In this document: positions 1 to 19,798 of the stretch, piece by piece | Position numbering within the stretch: the stretch's first letter is position 1 | Layout of the letters: the number at the start of each line of letters is the position of its first letter | NCBI GenBank assembly: GCA_013265495.1 | Contig: MU058290.1 | Span: forward strand, 186,001 to 250,000 | DNA length: 64,000 nucleotides | Origin: Vicugna vicugna | Lineage: Eukaryota | Reading direction: 5' to 3' | Translations under genes and position numbers: made by a program | Notes under the pieces: model-generated | What the model saw: the letters and a program-made list of their open reading frames with translations, nothing else | Database searches by the model: none | What the model was told of the DNA's origin: nothing

Positions 1-1012
1 AACCTGAAAGAATGCACAAGAAGCTAATAAAAGTGGTTCCTAGTGGGGTGGGGAAGGAAGGGCAGATGGAAGATAGAATTAACGTGAAATTTTTCACTGT
101 ATACATTTTACGTTACCTAATTTTTTAACTATGTGATGATATCACCTATTCAAAATTTTAATCTAAAGAAAGAGAGAAAACTAACTTAAATGTATATTTT
201 CATTTCTAAATTGCTTACATTCTTACCTTTATGTTTTATTTTATAACAGCATTTCCTTTCAAACACTACAAAAGACCTCAACTTGATTAAAAATAAAATA
301 CTTCACACCACCAATTATACTATTCTACACAGCTAATTTGAGGGGAAATTAAGTCTACCATCAAAGCAAATCTCTCTGCTTCTAATTAGGCTTCAATCCA
401 TCAAAATACTGCAGTGTGATTTTCACCAATCAGTCCTTAGTTTAAAAGCCTTCAATGGCTGACCATGTGCCTAGAAAACAAGGTTCTTACTTCTCAGCCT
501 GAAGTCAGAACCGGAAACAATCTAACCCCTCTCCACCTTATCGCCAAGTGCTCCCATTCATGATTTCTTCAATTTAGCTATTCCAGTCTGTTCAGAGACT
601 CCTGCATGAAGCACCTTCAGCCACATCCTCTTCACCCATCTTGCCTGTAAAGCCTAACTCAAGTCCTGCCTGTCCCTTTCCCGCTCCCCATCCTCTGCAG
701 TTTATGTTATCATTGGCACTTAAGCATATGCTACTTCTCACACATTATTGTATTCCTCTTTCAAAAGCAATTTTTTTAAACAATGACAATACAACACATG
801 AAAAGAGAAAAAAAACATGAACACAAAGTGTTTTCAAGTTTTTTAAAAAAACAGCTTTACTGAGATATAATTCACGTGCAATAAGTCATACCCCCTTGAA
901 ACTAGAATTCTAGTTAATTTAGAATTAATAATTATTACCTACAATTAAATGACTATTACTTGCCTGTAGCTAATTTCCCTGTCACAGTTTAGTTTGTACT
1001 AAAGAATATACA

Positions 1013-1256
1013 ATTTTGTAATACAGCATTGTAAATCAACTATATTCCAATTTAAAAAAAATTTAAAAATAGATAAACAAGGTCCTACTGTATAGCATAG
1101 GGAACTATATTCAATATCTTATAATAATCTGTAATGAAAAAGAATATGAAAAATATACATGTATATGTATACTTGAATCACTATGCTGTACACCAGAAAC
1201 TAACAATACATTATTAATCAACTGTACTTCAATTAAATAAAGTAAAAAAAAAAAAA
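1013..1256 (+). mobile_element. 5'-truncated LINE-1 3' end with poly(A)
   Basis: Typical laurasiatherian L1 3'UTR (aacaaggtcctactgtatagcatagggaactatattcaatatc...gaatcactatgctgtacaccagaaactaac) ending in an A-tract. Confidence 0.8.
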
Positions 1257-3175
1257 TACAACTTTGTTCTGTTACCATGGCTGTATATTTAACACCCTAA
1301 CATGAATTCAGTAATATATACTTGTATAGAGGTTTTTTTAGACTCTTGAATCAGGACATCAAATGCATAAATTTCTTCATGAATCTAGTATTCTATTATG
1401 AAATACATGACACCTTTTATACCTCAATAGCTAGAAATGCCCTTAAATTTTCCACTCAGGTCTCTCTGCGACATATTTTTCAGGTGGCACCTTTCTGGTT
1501 CCTGATCCATCTCACCAGAGGCAGATCAGGGGTAAGAAAGCCAAGCACCAAACGCAGCCCTCATCTAACTTCCAAATACCCATCTGCTATGTCCTCATGT
1601 CTTCTGCTCTAGTCATATCTGTTGTGACAATGACCCATGGACATGCTTAGTGCTTTTCACATCCCTGTGCTTTGGCTCACTGATAGGAAATCTTCCTTTT
1701 CGTCCTTTAAGACTAAGCTCAAAATTAAACAACCTTTCTTGCAATAACCAATCCTCATAGTCCCGTGTATGCAGTTTGTCCTTTGGGCTCACAAAACATG
1801 TGACCCGTACCTATTTTATACCACCTTCCTTATATTAACAGTTACTAGCTTTACAAATGTGTATCTCTTTAGATTGTAGGGCACTTGAGAGGAAAAGACT
1901 ATTTTTAATATTCTCAATTTTAATGTTTTTGTAGCTAGGAGTGTTATACAGAGATACTCAATAACCTGATTAAAAAGAAACATCTCAATTGTGAATCACT
2001 ATATTGTACACCTGTAACATATAATATTATACATCAATAAAAAATGAATTAAAAATGTCTGTAAGCCACCTCATTAGATGGACAAGTTACAGTTGTGTAC
2101 ATTTCTAAAGGACACCGTCCTCCCTTCTACACCGGCTCTCTCAGACAAATGACAGATGCTGACAGATTGTCAGGTAGGGTTTTAGAGGCAGTCGAAGGTA
2201 CAAAGAACTGATGAAAGGAAGTGTGGTTAGTTATAGGGCCACACCAGGATGCTCTTTCTTTGTGCTGAGCTCAGCTAAGTAGGTCAGTTACCAAAGGATG
2301 ATTTGAAAGAGTTGTCAAAAGCTTTCCTTCAAAATGCCTCTTCTTTATAACGCTGCCACTAACTGAAATGTTAACCACTCTTAGAGGCTCACCCAGCTTT
2401 CTCAGAAGGCAAATAGGCCTGGGAGGGTAGTGTGGTTTTCAAACATGCCAGCCAGCTGAATGCAAGTTGATAAGCACAAACTGAGCAGTGAGCCAACAAA
2501 CGGCAATGCCTGGACACACATCATGGGGAGGTTCTGACCAAGCACGGCGAAGAGAGACTAGAGCCAGGAAGAAAGCAGTGAGGGAAGAAGGTGCTCCAAG
2601 AGAAGCCGAATAAGAGCAGACTCCACGGGTTGTCTGGGGCTGGCAGGACTAATTGGCCGTGGAGTGGTGGCAGCAGAGGAAGGGCTATTTGCTGCTGCAC
2701 TGTCAGAATGGAGGGAAGGAGTATGTGGCTGCCCTTAATCATGTCAGACGTTGAAGTGGGGGACTGAAGGAAACCAACAGGAAATATAACTAGGGCTTAA
2801 CAAGAAAGTGCAGCTATGGAACAGAAGCTGAGACCAGCGCACAAATTCAGATATCCCTGAAGGAGAGTAGCCAGCGGGGGAAATGACTGCAAAGCAAAGG
2901 GACAGGGGCAAGACGGGTCTGCAGTGGGGGGATGTGGCCATCAGGTGCCGGAAGTTAGCCCTTCCTCCCTTATATTCTAACACTTTCTCTTCCTCCTTTT
3001 TGCCTTTCCTTCATCCTGTCCTGCACCACATACCTCCTCATCTCAGCTCTCAGCTGTCTGAGAGGCAGTCAGTCAAGCAGGACATGGGGTCCCACCGCCT
3101 TTCATTCTAACCTTAATAGGTGCCCCAGCCTTACTCCAGATTACACAAAAACGAAGAAATTATTTCATCTTTCTT

Positions 3176-3181
3176 TTTATT
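3176..3181 (-). terminator. Candidate PNP polyadenylation signal AATAAA
   Basis: TTTATT on the + strand, about 430 nt past the PNP stop codon. Confidence 0.6.
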
Positions 3182-3613
3182 CTACAAATATGATAAGTAT
3201 AAACATCCAAAAGGAATGGGCTGTCCCTTGTGTGGTCTCCAGTGCTTTGGGGAGGCAGAACCGAGCCCCCAGGAATGTGAGAGGTACATCTCCGAAGAGC
3301 TAGTAGTAGTTACTGCGCAGAATTCAACGGCTCAAGTCAAATCCTGGGCATGTCCCCAGGTGTGTGGTAGGGCTTGGGCTCCAGCTCATGTGGACGAATA
3401 GGGGTGGAAATTATTTGAGATGACAACTGAGCAAAAGAACACCCAGCACTAGAAAGTTCTGCTGGGGGAGAAGTAGGGAAGGTGACGAATGGGGATCCTC
3501 CTCTTCTTTCTGCCACCATCTCAGGGTAGAGGCACGTGACCCCAGAAAGAGGCTGAAGTAGGTAGCAGTTTCTTGGCTCCCATAAGAGAGAGGCCAGACC
3601 ACTCCAGGGCTGG

Positions 3614-9879
<6,266 letters not shown>

Positions 9880-9880
<1 letters not shown>

Positions 9881-10080
9881 TGTCCCGCCGACGCCCTTTC
9901 GAAGAGTTTGCCCTTCTCAGCCAAGATCTGTTCAGCTGAGCTCAGCCGCTGTTACCCGGTGCACTCCACACAGCTAGCGCACTGGTCGCACCGCGCTGGC
10001 TTATATACCGCCAGCGCCGGAGTCCCCAGCCAATGGCAGACGAATACGCAGCCGGCCCATCTCCATGGTGACGTGCCCTG
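9880..10080 (-). promoter_or_regulatory. PNP: PNP promoter / 5' UTR in a CpG-rich patch
   Basis: TATATAA on the minus strand at 10001-10007, CCAAT at 10030-10034 and TGACGT near 10068-10073, all just upstream of the ATG at 9880. Confidence 0.75.
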
Positions 10081-11553
10081 ACTCAATTGCCCCAGGCTAA
10101 GCTGTAAACCTAATCTGAGTTCTTCCCAGCTGCTTCACCTTTCTCGAGCCCCACCCTACCCCCCGGGTGTCGGGGGAGGAGGGGAGCATCCAGCGTTTGG
10201 CCTCGGCACCCATTGCTTACAGTAGGACCGGAGTTTCCAGCGCGGAAACCTGTGAGGGAAGACGGCTAGAAGTCGGGAGGAGAGCTCCCGAACCATCTAA
10301 CTGCAACCGCATTTCTGGTTGTGCCTACAGCAAATCGTGAGAGATTTGAAAAGAGAACATATTAAACCTTAGGTCGCGCAACCCCAGAATAAAATTAAGT
10401 GAGCCTGTGTCTGAGTTGCTTACCGGACAAAGGAAACAGGGTCGACCCTAGCAATAATGACGATCTGGAGGTTACAGGATTTGGGAGAACATATCCGGGT
10501 CTAAATCTTCTCTCCAGATGGGGAGAAGAAAAAGTTCTTCTCCGGCGAGAATTCCCGGATCCTTGCACAAGGACGCAGCAAATCCCCTTCTCCAGATGTT
10601 TCCAAACTCTCTACAGATATTAAGCTTTGGGATTTGGAAATGAGAAATGGGAATTCCCCCAATTATAAGATATTCATAAAATACTTCCATGTATTCTTTA
10701 CTTGTTATTATGGATATCTTAAAAAAACTGTATATGGATATCTAAAGAAATAAAGTTAATAGTATTTACAAAGTATTATAGCCTATAGCAAATATTCAAA
10801 TGTTGGAGAATGTGAGTATTATTGGGTAGTATTCCAACAGTAAGCCAAATCCAACCCACAGCCTGTTTTGGTAAAATAAAAGTTTTACTGGAAAACACAC
10901 ACACACACGCGCGCACGCACACGCGCGCACACACACACAAATTCCTATATCCCCTACACAGACTGGGAAAGGATGGGGAGGATAGGGTGGGGATGGGATA
11001 GGGAAACAATCCTTTGTTTTACAGACAGACAGTCCCTTGATTTACACAATACTGGATCCAAGCAATTCAAATAACTAGAGAAGGACTCTTCCCCCAAATG
11101 AAAATTCCTGTAACAGAACTACACAATATAATGTCTTTGTAAGACAGCTATTTCCTGCCTTCACTTATACAAGTTCAACCAAGTTCACATACAATCACAA
11201 ATCAATGGTCCTTGCTTAGATATTAGAATCCTCCACCCCTTTCCACTCTCCTAAACTCTAACATTTCCTGCTTACCGTTTTACCAACACCGCGTCCCAAG
11301 TCACTGTTTCCCAGCCCTGCTTCTATCTCATTCATGTAACAAATACTTATTGAGCATTAACTGTATACCAGAACTGTTCTAGTGTTAAGGACATAAGAGT
11401 AATGACAATGTATGTAAAGGCAAAAATAATATATATAAAGGACTGAGCTCAGTGCCAAATGAATGGTTCATTGTTTATTACTATTATTATTATCCTTAGT
11501 CATCCAGTAATTTTAGCAAAGGTAACAATAGGGTGATCTAAAAATAAAGTTTT

Positions 11554-11690
11554 GGAGGGGTATATAGCTCAAGTGGTAGAGTACATGCTTAGAATGCATG
11601 AGGTCCTGGGTTCAATCCCCAGCATCTCCTCTAAGAATAAATAAACCAAATTATCTCTCCCAACCAAAAAAAATACATAAATAAAAATAA
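11554..11690 (+). mobile_element. tRNA-Ala-derived SINE (Vic-1-like)
   Basis: tagctcaagtggtagagtacatgcttagaatgcatgaggtcctgggttcaatcccc (A and B boxes), A-rich tail, near-perfect TSD aaaataaagttt. Confidence 0.9.
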
Positions 11691-14600
11691 AAGTTTCACC
11701 TTGGTGATGTGACTCTCTACAATTGAAACCTTGAAAGTATGATTTTGAATGTTAAGTTCAGTCATAAGTAAAAAATCAGCCTAAGGTAGATCTATCAATA
11801 TTTGACAGCTTAAAGAGTCTTTTTAAACACCCCAAATCCAATCCAGTTTATACAAAAAACAAAATTAGGACATGATTACATCTAAGAAACTGCAAACTTA
11901 AGCAATTAATTTTAATTGATTCTGTCTAAAGTAAGTATATGTAAACCAAAAGAAAATAATCTGCAATATACTTACAAAAGGAAAACTGGGGGACAGGCTC
12001 AGTCTTCTGTAGTGTTTCTTCAGTGTCATTTGGGGAAGAGTCTGCAGTATGTATACTTTCTGGGCACCAAAGAAATGTACTGTTATATGAAAGGCAAGGA
12101 CAGTTTACCAGACCACATCTTGGCCAGGGTGATATAACCTTCAAAACTATATAACATAATTTATTCTGAATTCAAGTTCAGCAACCAAGCTTCTGCACAA
12201 TCATTTGGATCCCCAGTCTCTTTAATCTCAGATTCACCAATGGCCAGGTGAAGAGTCTACACTATGTAGCCCAGTAGGCCTCCTCACACCACATCTTTAT
12301 CTTGTGGTCTATCCCATAGGAGGGCCCAGGCTCCAGGTTGCATCCTACCCCTAACCTTAGTTTGTTTACATCTCTTACTGCTGTCTTCACAGGTTTTGTT
12401 TGTTGTTTGTTTGTTTGTTTGACCTTTAAGGGTTACAGATTCAGGCATTCTGGGAACATGTATCTGGGGCACCGTGAACACTGGTATACAGCGAACACTT
12501 AATGGTCAAATCTATGAAATGTCCATTAAATGTCTATTATTTATCTTTAGGCCATTTCAGGCCAAGTCCCCATGCTCCATTTTGATCTGTTTTCAACACT
12601 CCAGAGTTCCCCAGTTTCTCAATTTATAGGGCACTTAGGACCTCAGCAATTTTTTCACAGCACCCCTAGGTCAGAAGAAATACCTAAGAGTTTTGCTTCT
12701 AAGGTATTGGGTGCCTAACAACCTAGTAACCATTTGGGGAAAAAAATATAGACAAGTTGAAATAAATAATATTTTTTTCTTAAATAACCATGATTAGCTA
12801 CTAATGGAATGTGTGTGCCTATTGGGCACTGTACAACTTCTCAAACCTTGGAATCCTGCACTGCTACCCTCATTTCCTGTTTCCTGCTAATTTTCACACC
12901 GTGCTAACTTTTTTATCAGAGGCACCCCCTAAAGCCCAGCTTTGCAAAGATATTATTGTTGCACAATCAACATTCAAATTGTGAATTACCTTGGGCTAGC
13001 AGTTCACATAGTATACAAGAGATGTTGAATATTGTTGTATTTCCCTAAAATTTTTTAAATATCTCATAGTACCCCCATGAATCTGCACCTTGGCACAGAG
13101 TTTGGGAACTGTGGCCCCAGATACTCCATGCCACCTCATTCCTGAATCTGTGTAACGTAAATGACTCTAATCAAACCACCTGTGAATGAATCCCATCTCC
13201 ACCCTTTACCTACCAGCTGAGTGATCCAAGGCAAGTAGAATTCTTACTATGTCTTGGTTTTCTCATCTGTAAAATAGTGTAATAATAGTACTTACTATTG
13301 TTGGAAGGATTATATAAAAGGCCAGTTAAGTGTTTAGATAAGTACCTGGAATTATAGTAAGCACACAGTAAATGTTGGCTATTAATATTATTCCCCATCG
13401 TCTCTTTTTGATCTCTTTAGACTCACCTAACTAGGAATTGGATCTGAACAAAAACTAGAGGTACACCCAGCCCATCAACACCAACTTTAATCCTGCATTG
13501 TTTAAAACAGTAGCCTCTTGTCAAATGTGGCCATTTAAACTTAATAAAATTATGAGGAAATAAAATTAAAGTTCAATTCAACTGCTCAATAGCCACATGT
13601 GGCTAGTGGTTACCATATTGCATAGCACAGAAACATTTCAATCATTACAGAAAGTGCTATTGCACAGTACTTTTCTTATCTTATCTAGTCACTGCTACCC
13701 TGTATCTACTCTTTAAAAAGCTGGAACTATGTTTTATGCTGTACTTTTACATCAACTCCAGAGTGATTGTAGCTCATTACTGCCTTATTACCCTCTCTTC
13801 TATCTTATCACTCTGTATTCAAGTTCCAAGGGACTCCCATGTCCAGGCACACACTCATAACACACCCATCTTCCACACTCAATATCAAGGAAACTGATAT
13901 GCTTATGGACTGGGAAGGCGTCTCCAGATAGTGACTCCTAAGGTCAACATTCACAGAAGCAGGCTCAGCCTCTTAGGGTTCTTTTCAGCAAGGAACCTAT
14001 TTCATTCCTTCCCTCTCGACAGAGATTTCTTATTCTCTCTAGGTCACAAGATAGATGTTCTCCTATTTAAATACCTACCCCACTACCACCCAGAATCTTT
14101 GACTTCCCATTTTCTCCAATTTCTGACATTTTAAATATTATTTTAGTTTAGTCTTTTCCCCTGTTTAAAGGACCACTTTCATTTCTTTTCTCTGTAGGAG
14201 ATCCCTAGCTGTGCCTCACTCAGCACAGGAACAGACTGAAGATAAATAGACTAACCTAACACTGAATTTCCAGAAAGGGAAGCTGACTAGACCCCCAAAG
14301 GAAGGGGCAAAGCACTGGAGCACAGGAAAGACATGGAACAGAAGGAATAAAGGTACAGAGTGATAAACAGAAATAATCAAATATTCCCATAAAACCAGAC
14401 CACACTCCATCCAACACCATCAACACCCACCCCATCCCACCACTCTTCATCTTGCTTAACTCACGCTACATATTACCAAAAACATTCTTCGCCCCAGAAA
14501 TGGACTAAGGGATGGTGTTGTTTTCACACTGGTGGTAAACTACCACTTCAGGAAGGGGTAAAGGAGAAATAGGCTACGTGGAAAAGAGAAATCAAATCGA

Positions 14601-14738
14601 GACACTGGAGCATAGGAGCCAGGCAGATGTTTCCAGCCCTGTTCCCTGACATCTACGCAGTGTGGTCATTACCACTTGGCTGGAAGCTTGAAGAAAAAAC
14701 TCTTCCAAATTTTTTCAGTTTATTTCTTTATATCCATC

Positions 14739-15106
14739 TGTTATGGACTCTTACAGACTATCTCAAAATGTGTATGTGGAAGCCCTAACCCCTTAATCCC
14801 AATATGACCATATTTGGAGACAGGGCCTTTAAAGAGGTAATAAGGTTAAATGTGGTCATGAGGGGTCCTAATTCAAAGACTGGTGTTCTTATAAGAACAG
14901 GAAGAGACAGCAGGGATGTGTGCGCCCAGAGAAAAGGCCACATGAGAACACAGTGGAGAAGGCAACTATCTGCAAACCAAGGAGAGAAGCCTGCTGACAC
15001 CTTGATCTTGGGCTTCAAGGCTCCAGAACTGTGAGAAAATAAATTTCTGTTGTTTAAGTCACCCAGTATGTGATATTTTATTATGGCAATCTTAGCAAAC
15101 TAACAT
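14739..15106 (+). mobile_element. MaLR solo LTR (MLT1A-like)
   Basis: Starts TG, contains tatttggagacagggcctttaaagaggtaat and agaactgtgagaaaataaatttctgttgtttaag, ends CA. Confidence 0.8.
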
Positions 15107-15644
15107 ACCACCATAGCCTGATTTTTCTCAGTCTGAATGAGAAGACCCCAACCCATAACTAAGATACCTGATGGAGGGGTAATATTGAACTTAACTACCT
15201 GTAGAGTCCTGATACCAACCAATCAGAATCAATGCCAGCCATAAACAACTGATGTCAGCCACACTGGAGTGTCCCAGCTGAATTTCCAGCCTGCTTGGGA
15301 CTGCAGCTGACGATACTGCTGAGTACACAAATTTACCTCAAGATGAGGCTTACATTAATTCATCGATTAATTAGCCACTTATCAAGCAACTTCTGTATGC
15401 CAGGCATTGAGCATAAAGGGCTCCATCCCAGATACCATATATTCTGCCACCTCTGCACTTCTGCCCTTTCCAGTCTGCCTAGCAGAAAATGTGAGTTTGA
15501 AAGTATTAAACTATGAGTCAGAAGACCTGGACTTTCAGTCCCATTTCTCTCACTTAGCTTAAGTGACTTTAGCTCACAGAGCCTCTATTTCCAAATCTGC
15601 AAAACAAAAATAGTCCTACCTTCCCTGTTCATATCATAGTGGGG

Positions 15645-15735
15645 TTTTTTTTTAAGTGATGGTGGTACTGGGGATTGAACCCAGAACCTCCTGCATGCTA
15701 AGCATGCGCTCTACCACTGAGCTATTACCCTCCCC
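15645..15735 (-). mobile_element. tRNA-Ala-derived SINE (Vic-1-like), short form
   Basis: Reverse complement ggggagggtaatagctcagtggtagagcgcatgcttagcatgcaggaggttctgggttcaatcccag, with poly(A). Confidence 0.9.
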
Positions 15736-16194
15736 ACCACAATGAGTTTTGAAATCAAATGAATATGGATACAAAAGTGCTTTGTTAACTGTGAGTAAAT
15801 TACAAATATTACAATCATTACCTTTTGCATTTTTTTGCCTATTGACCTACTCAGGATAGAGCTCAAATTCAAGTTATTCATGCATGGTAATATAATAATC
15901 TCTTATATTTTTAAAGTTTTCTCTGGCTGCTATGGCTAGAAGTGATTTCTTCTTTCCTTGAACTTGTATTACACTGTTTAATTCATTTCCTATGAAGCAT
16001 GTGTTGCATCATGAATTTCTAGTGATGACACTTTTTCCATGTGATAAAAGTTTACTAACGTTGATAGTTTATACTGTGAAACTTCCAATCATTATGTCTC
16101 CCTACCCAGACTCTTAAGTTTTTTAAGGAGTATCTTTCACAAAGAGTAGATATATTACAAATGTTTATAGATGATTATTGAAATTCTATCATTT

Positions 16195-16633
16195 GCAGTA
16201 GGTTGAAAAGCATGGCCATAATATTTTGCAGCTCCTCCCATCAAGAATTGAAGTCCATTCCCACACACCTTGAATCTGGGCAGGACTTATGACTTGCTAT
16301 GACCTAGAATGTGGTAGGAATGAGGTTGTTCTAGTGCTGGAGTCTAGGCCTAAAAAGTTGCCTTGCAGCTTCTCCTTTCACTCTCTTGGACCATCACCCT
16401 AAGTACCACCATGCTATGAAGAAGCCCAGCCCATCCAGCACGTACAACTGCCAGACATGTGAAGGAGGCCATCTTGGATCTTTCAGTTGTTTTCAGTCAC
16501 CTCTGACTGTCCGCTCACGAAGGAGCCCAAGTGAGACCAGCAAAAGAACTGTTTGGCCAACCCGCAGAATCATGAGGGAAAAACACATCATTTTGTTTGG
16601 ATGTTGTTCATTACGCAGCAATAGATAACAGAA
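16195..16633 (+). mobile_element. Old MaLR LTR (MLT1 family)
   Basis: Contains ccttgaatctgggcaggacttatgacttgct and ends ttacgcagcaatagataac. Subfamily not determined. Confidence 0.65.
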
Positions 16634-17006
16634 AGCCAGAAGAGTTATTCCTCTCCTTCATGTGGATAAGATATTCACCTACCTCTTCTATGGCCCTTCT
16701 CACAAATTACCTCTCTCTCTGGGTATGAATCTTCTGACCACTACCAGACCACTACCAATGCCACTGAGAGTGAGACAGAATTTATTGATCCTAGTTTTCT
16801 CCTAAAGAACTGTGCTGGGAACTGTAGAGAGTTGGTGATGGGTCCATTTACAGCATAAGTAATGGCTCCTTCGAAGGGAATTCAAGTCCCAAAGGAATTT
16901 ATTGTAAGGTAGTTTCATACGAGAGCACTTAGAGAGCCACTGTACTTCCCTTAACCCCATCTCACACTTATATGGGCAGAGGCTAGTCTGGCATTAAAAG
17001 GGATCT

Positions 17007-17144
17007 GAGCAGGAAGGTATAGCTCAAGTGGTATAGCACATGCATAGCATGCACGAGGTCCTGGGTTCAATTCCTAGTATCTCCTCTAAAAAAGTAATTA
17101 AGTACATAAATAAATAAGCCTAATTATCTCTCCCCACCCCAAGA
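17007..17144 (+). mobile_element. tRNA-Ala-derived SINE (Vic-1-like) with perfect TSD
   Basis: SINE body flanked by aaaagggatct at 16996-17006 and 17145-17155. Confidence 0.92.
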
Positions 17145-19359
17145 AAAAGGGATCTATAACAGATCATATTCAGGGGTTATTCCATCACATCTTGCCTTCA
17201 GTGCCTCACGTATCAGTCAGAGAGGATATTCTTCCTATTAGCTAACATTTACTTCTTCATTTACTTCTTTAGCCACGCTTTCTCATATTTAAGCTATAAT
17301 GAAAATATCACCAAGAGTCTAAACTAGTGAAAATAAAAATAAACTATTCTACTCATTCATTCCTCTAGGGTCCTTGGTCCAACTCTCCATCTCTCCTACA
17401 GTTTTACAAGGATAAAACTAGATCGAAATGACATCAAATAGGGTTTTGGCAAGGGTGGGGAGAGTCATAAAAGAACAGGTTTTGAAATGTACGTGTAACC
17501 AAGGTGCAAATAATGAACCCTGCTCGCCCCCAGAGGAAACACTTGAGCATCTGTGTGCCAGAGACAGCAGAAAGAGCAACAGACTGCGCCCGTGTAGAGA
17601 TACAACCACTTCCCCATTTTGTATCTAGAGGTTCCTAAGTTCTTAAGAGTCTCTGGGTCCTAACTATGTCTGCGGGAAAGCTGTGTCTAAAAATCAGGAC
17701 CCGGGTGAAGTCTCCAGCCCCAGTAACAGTCCCAAGTGCTAGGAAAGCAGCAGTTTCTTTATTATTAAATATTTAGAGCAGGCTGCACTTTCCTCAATGT
17801 TAGGACTGGAGAGGCTTCTAGTTAAGCTAATCATGGTCCTCAGAGTTGTTTTTCCAATTCCTTGTCACCTCCCAGATGTAAGGCAGTCATAATTTGGGTT
17901 ATCATATGGGGAAAACCCAAGTGTGGTTCATGCTCCTATAAAGACTACGTGTTCTCCACAGGTTGGAGAAGGAGACTAGTGAGGGCACTGTCCCCAAAGA
18001 CTGGGTATCAGAGGTTACTGATAGACCTTTGGGGTTCTGCTTTGGCTTTTAGGAAGGGGTAAGGTAGAACCTTCATCTGAGGGGCTCTTCAGGAAAAGGA
18101 AGCCATCTTAGCATTATTCTCAGTCAAGGAGACCTTAGATTTAGTAGAACTGAGCTAAAATGATCCCATTTGTAGCAGTCAGATATTTCCCAAGATCATG
18201 AGCTGAAACTATCTTCCTTCAACCTCTGGGTACTCCCTTCTACAACAGTGAGGCCCTTCCCTTCCTGTACTTGCTTAACTAAAGGAAATTACTTCAGTAG
18301 CTCTGTAAAACAAAGGTCTCCTCAAAGTGACTCACTTTTACTCTATTATCCACCCAGAATAGTCTACTCACCCTACACTTACAGGACTTACAGGACTAAG
18401 GAAATCCTCCGAAGTCATGCCATAATCATCATGACTGTTTGCCCTACTCTACCCTGAAACACCCAACACTGTTGAAATAACAAAAAAGTTCCTTTCAGCT
18501 GTGGGGCCCCTATTCATGTCATCTCAGTCTGGGTACCCATTTAGTACAGCATCTAGGTAGATTTGGAAAGCAGTCTTATCTGCTATTCAAGTTGAACATG
18601 GATGAATATGGATGAACAGGAGAGTGAATAGGTGGATTGGCTGTATGTTTAAATGTCTGAGCTGCTTAAGGTCTTTTCCAATACCTGTCAGAATAACGTC
18701 CATTAGCAGTCACGAGACAGGCTGAGGGCAACGCTGAGACAAGTCTAAAGACTGTCTCACCTGCCAAACAAGGGGATTTATTTGTTTATCCTTGGACTTA
18801 ATCAACTCAGTCAAAAAACTCTTAGCATGCAAGTATGTTTAGAACTAGGGGTCACAAAACTGAGCAAAACGACGAGAACCCCTTGTAGTGATTGAGACAG
18901 ACACATAGAAAGATAATTTCAAAATTTAATCAAGGGCGGTGGGAGGGTGGAGTCTGCAAGGAAGCTTCCTGGAGAAGCCAGTCTTGTGTCCCGTTCCAGA
19001 AGTGACTCCAGAATTTAATCCATCCTCCTGGCACGTCTTCACTCTAACTTTTTACAGTTATTCCTTTGAGAAGGGTGGCTAACTGATGCCCACCGTTCCT
19101 CCTCTTGGTGCATAAAACATCTCAAACTCCCGCACTCTTTCACTGCCGCTTCTTGAGCCACGCCCCCGGGTTCTGGCGCTAAGTTCGGGCCAATAAAGTT
19201 GCACTCCAAATCATCGCAGGACCAGGGAAGGGAAACCTCCAGCCAAAGGGAGGCCTATTATAACCACAAAAAAGGAGAGAAGTCTTTTAGCGGCGTCTTT
19301 GGATCAATGAACAGCAATAATTATGCGCCCACTCTGGGCGCTTAACAGAGGATGAGCGG

Positions 19360-19798
19360 CTTCCTGAAACACGTGACCCGTGAGCTGAAGCAGCCCTGCC
19401 CCACCTCCTGGTCTGGAGGTAGCGCGATGGGCCACGCTTCCAATGGCTCAAAGAACTTCTTGTCACGTGCGGTTTTTGCAGGCCTAGCGGCCTCCTGAAG
19501 GTCATGTGACAGTTGACGTTAGCGCGACGTTCCCCAATGGAGAATAAGAGCTGCCTTCACAGGACCAGAAATTGGTTTATCTCGGCGAATAATAGCACGG
19601 GGGCGGGGCTAGCCTATCACGTGCTGCGGGGCGGAACGGGGCGGGGCAGGCCACTGGTTGCGGGGCGAGCTGGGCGCGCGGCGCGCAGGCGCTCTGGGGA
19701 CCCGGTAGCGGCGGTGGCGGTGGCGGCGGTGGCTGCGGCGACGGCAGCGGCGAAAGGAGCCGGATCCTTTGCCGAAGCAGGAGGCGGCGGTGGAGGCC
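19360..19798 (+). promoter_or_regulatory. PIP4P1: PIP4P1 CpG-island promoter with clustered CLEAR/E-box and GC-box motifs
   Basis: CACGTGAC 19370-19377, GTCACGTG 19462-19469, GTCATGTGAC 19501-19510, TCACGTG 19617-19623, plus several GGGGCGGGG. Confidence 0.8.

Noticed and set aside
2521..3110. Cluster of 70-80 aa ORFs downstream of PNP
   Set aside because: No homology recognised and no coherent splice structure.
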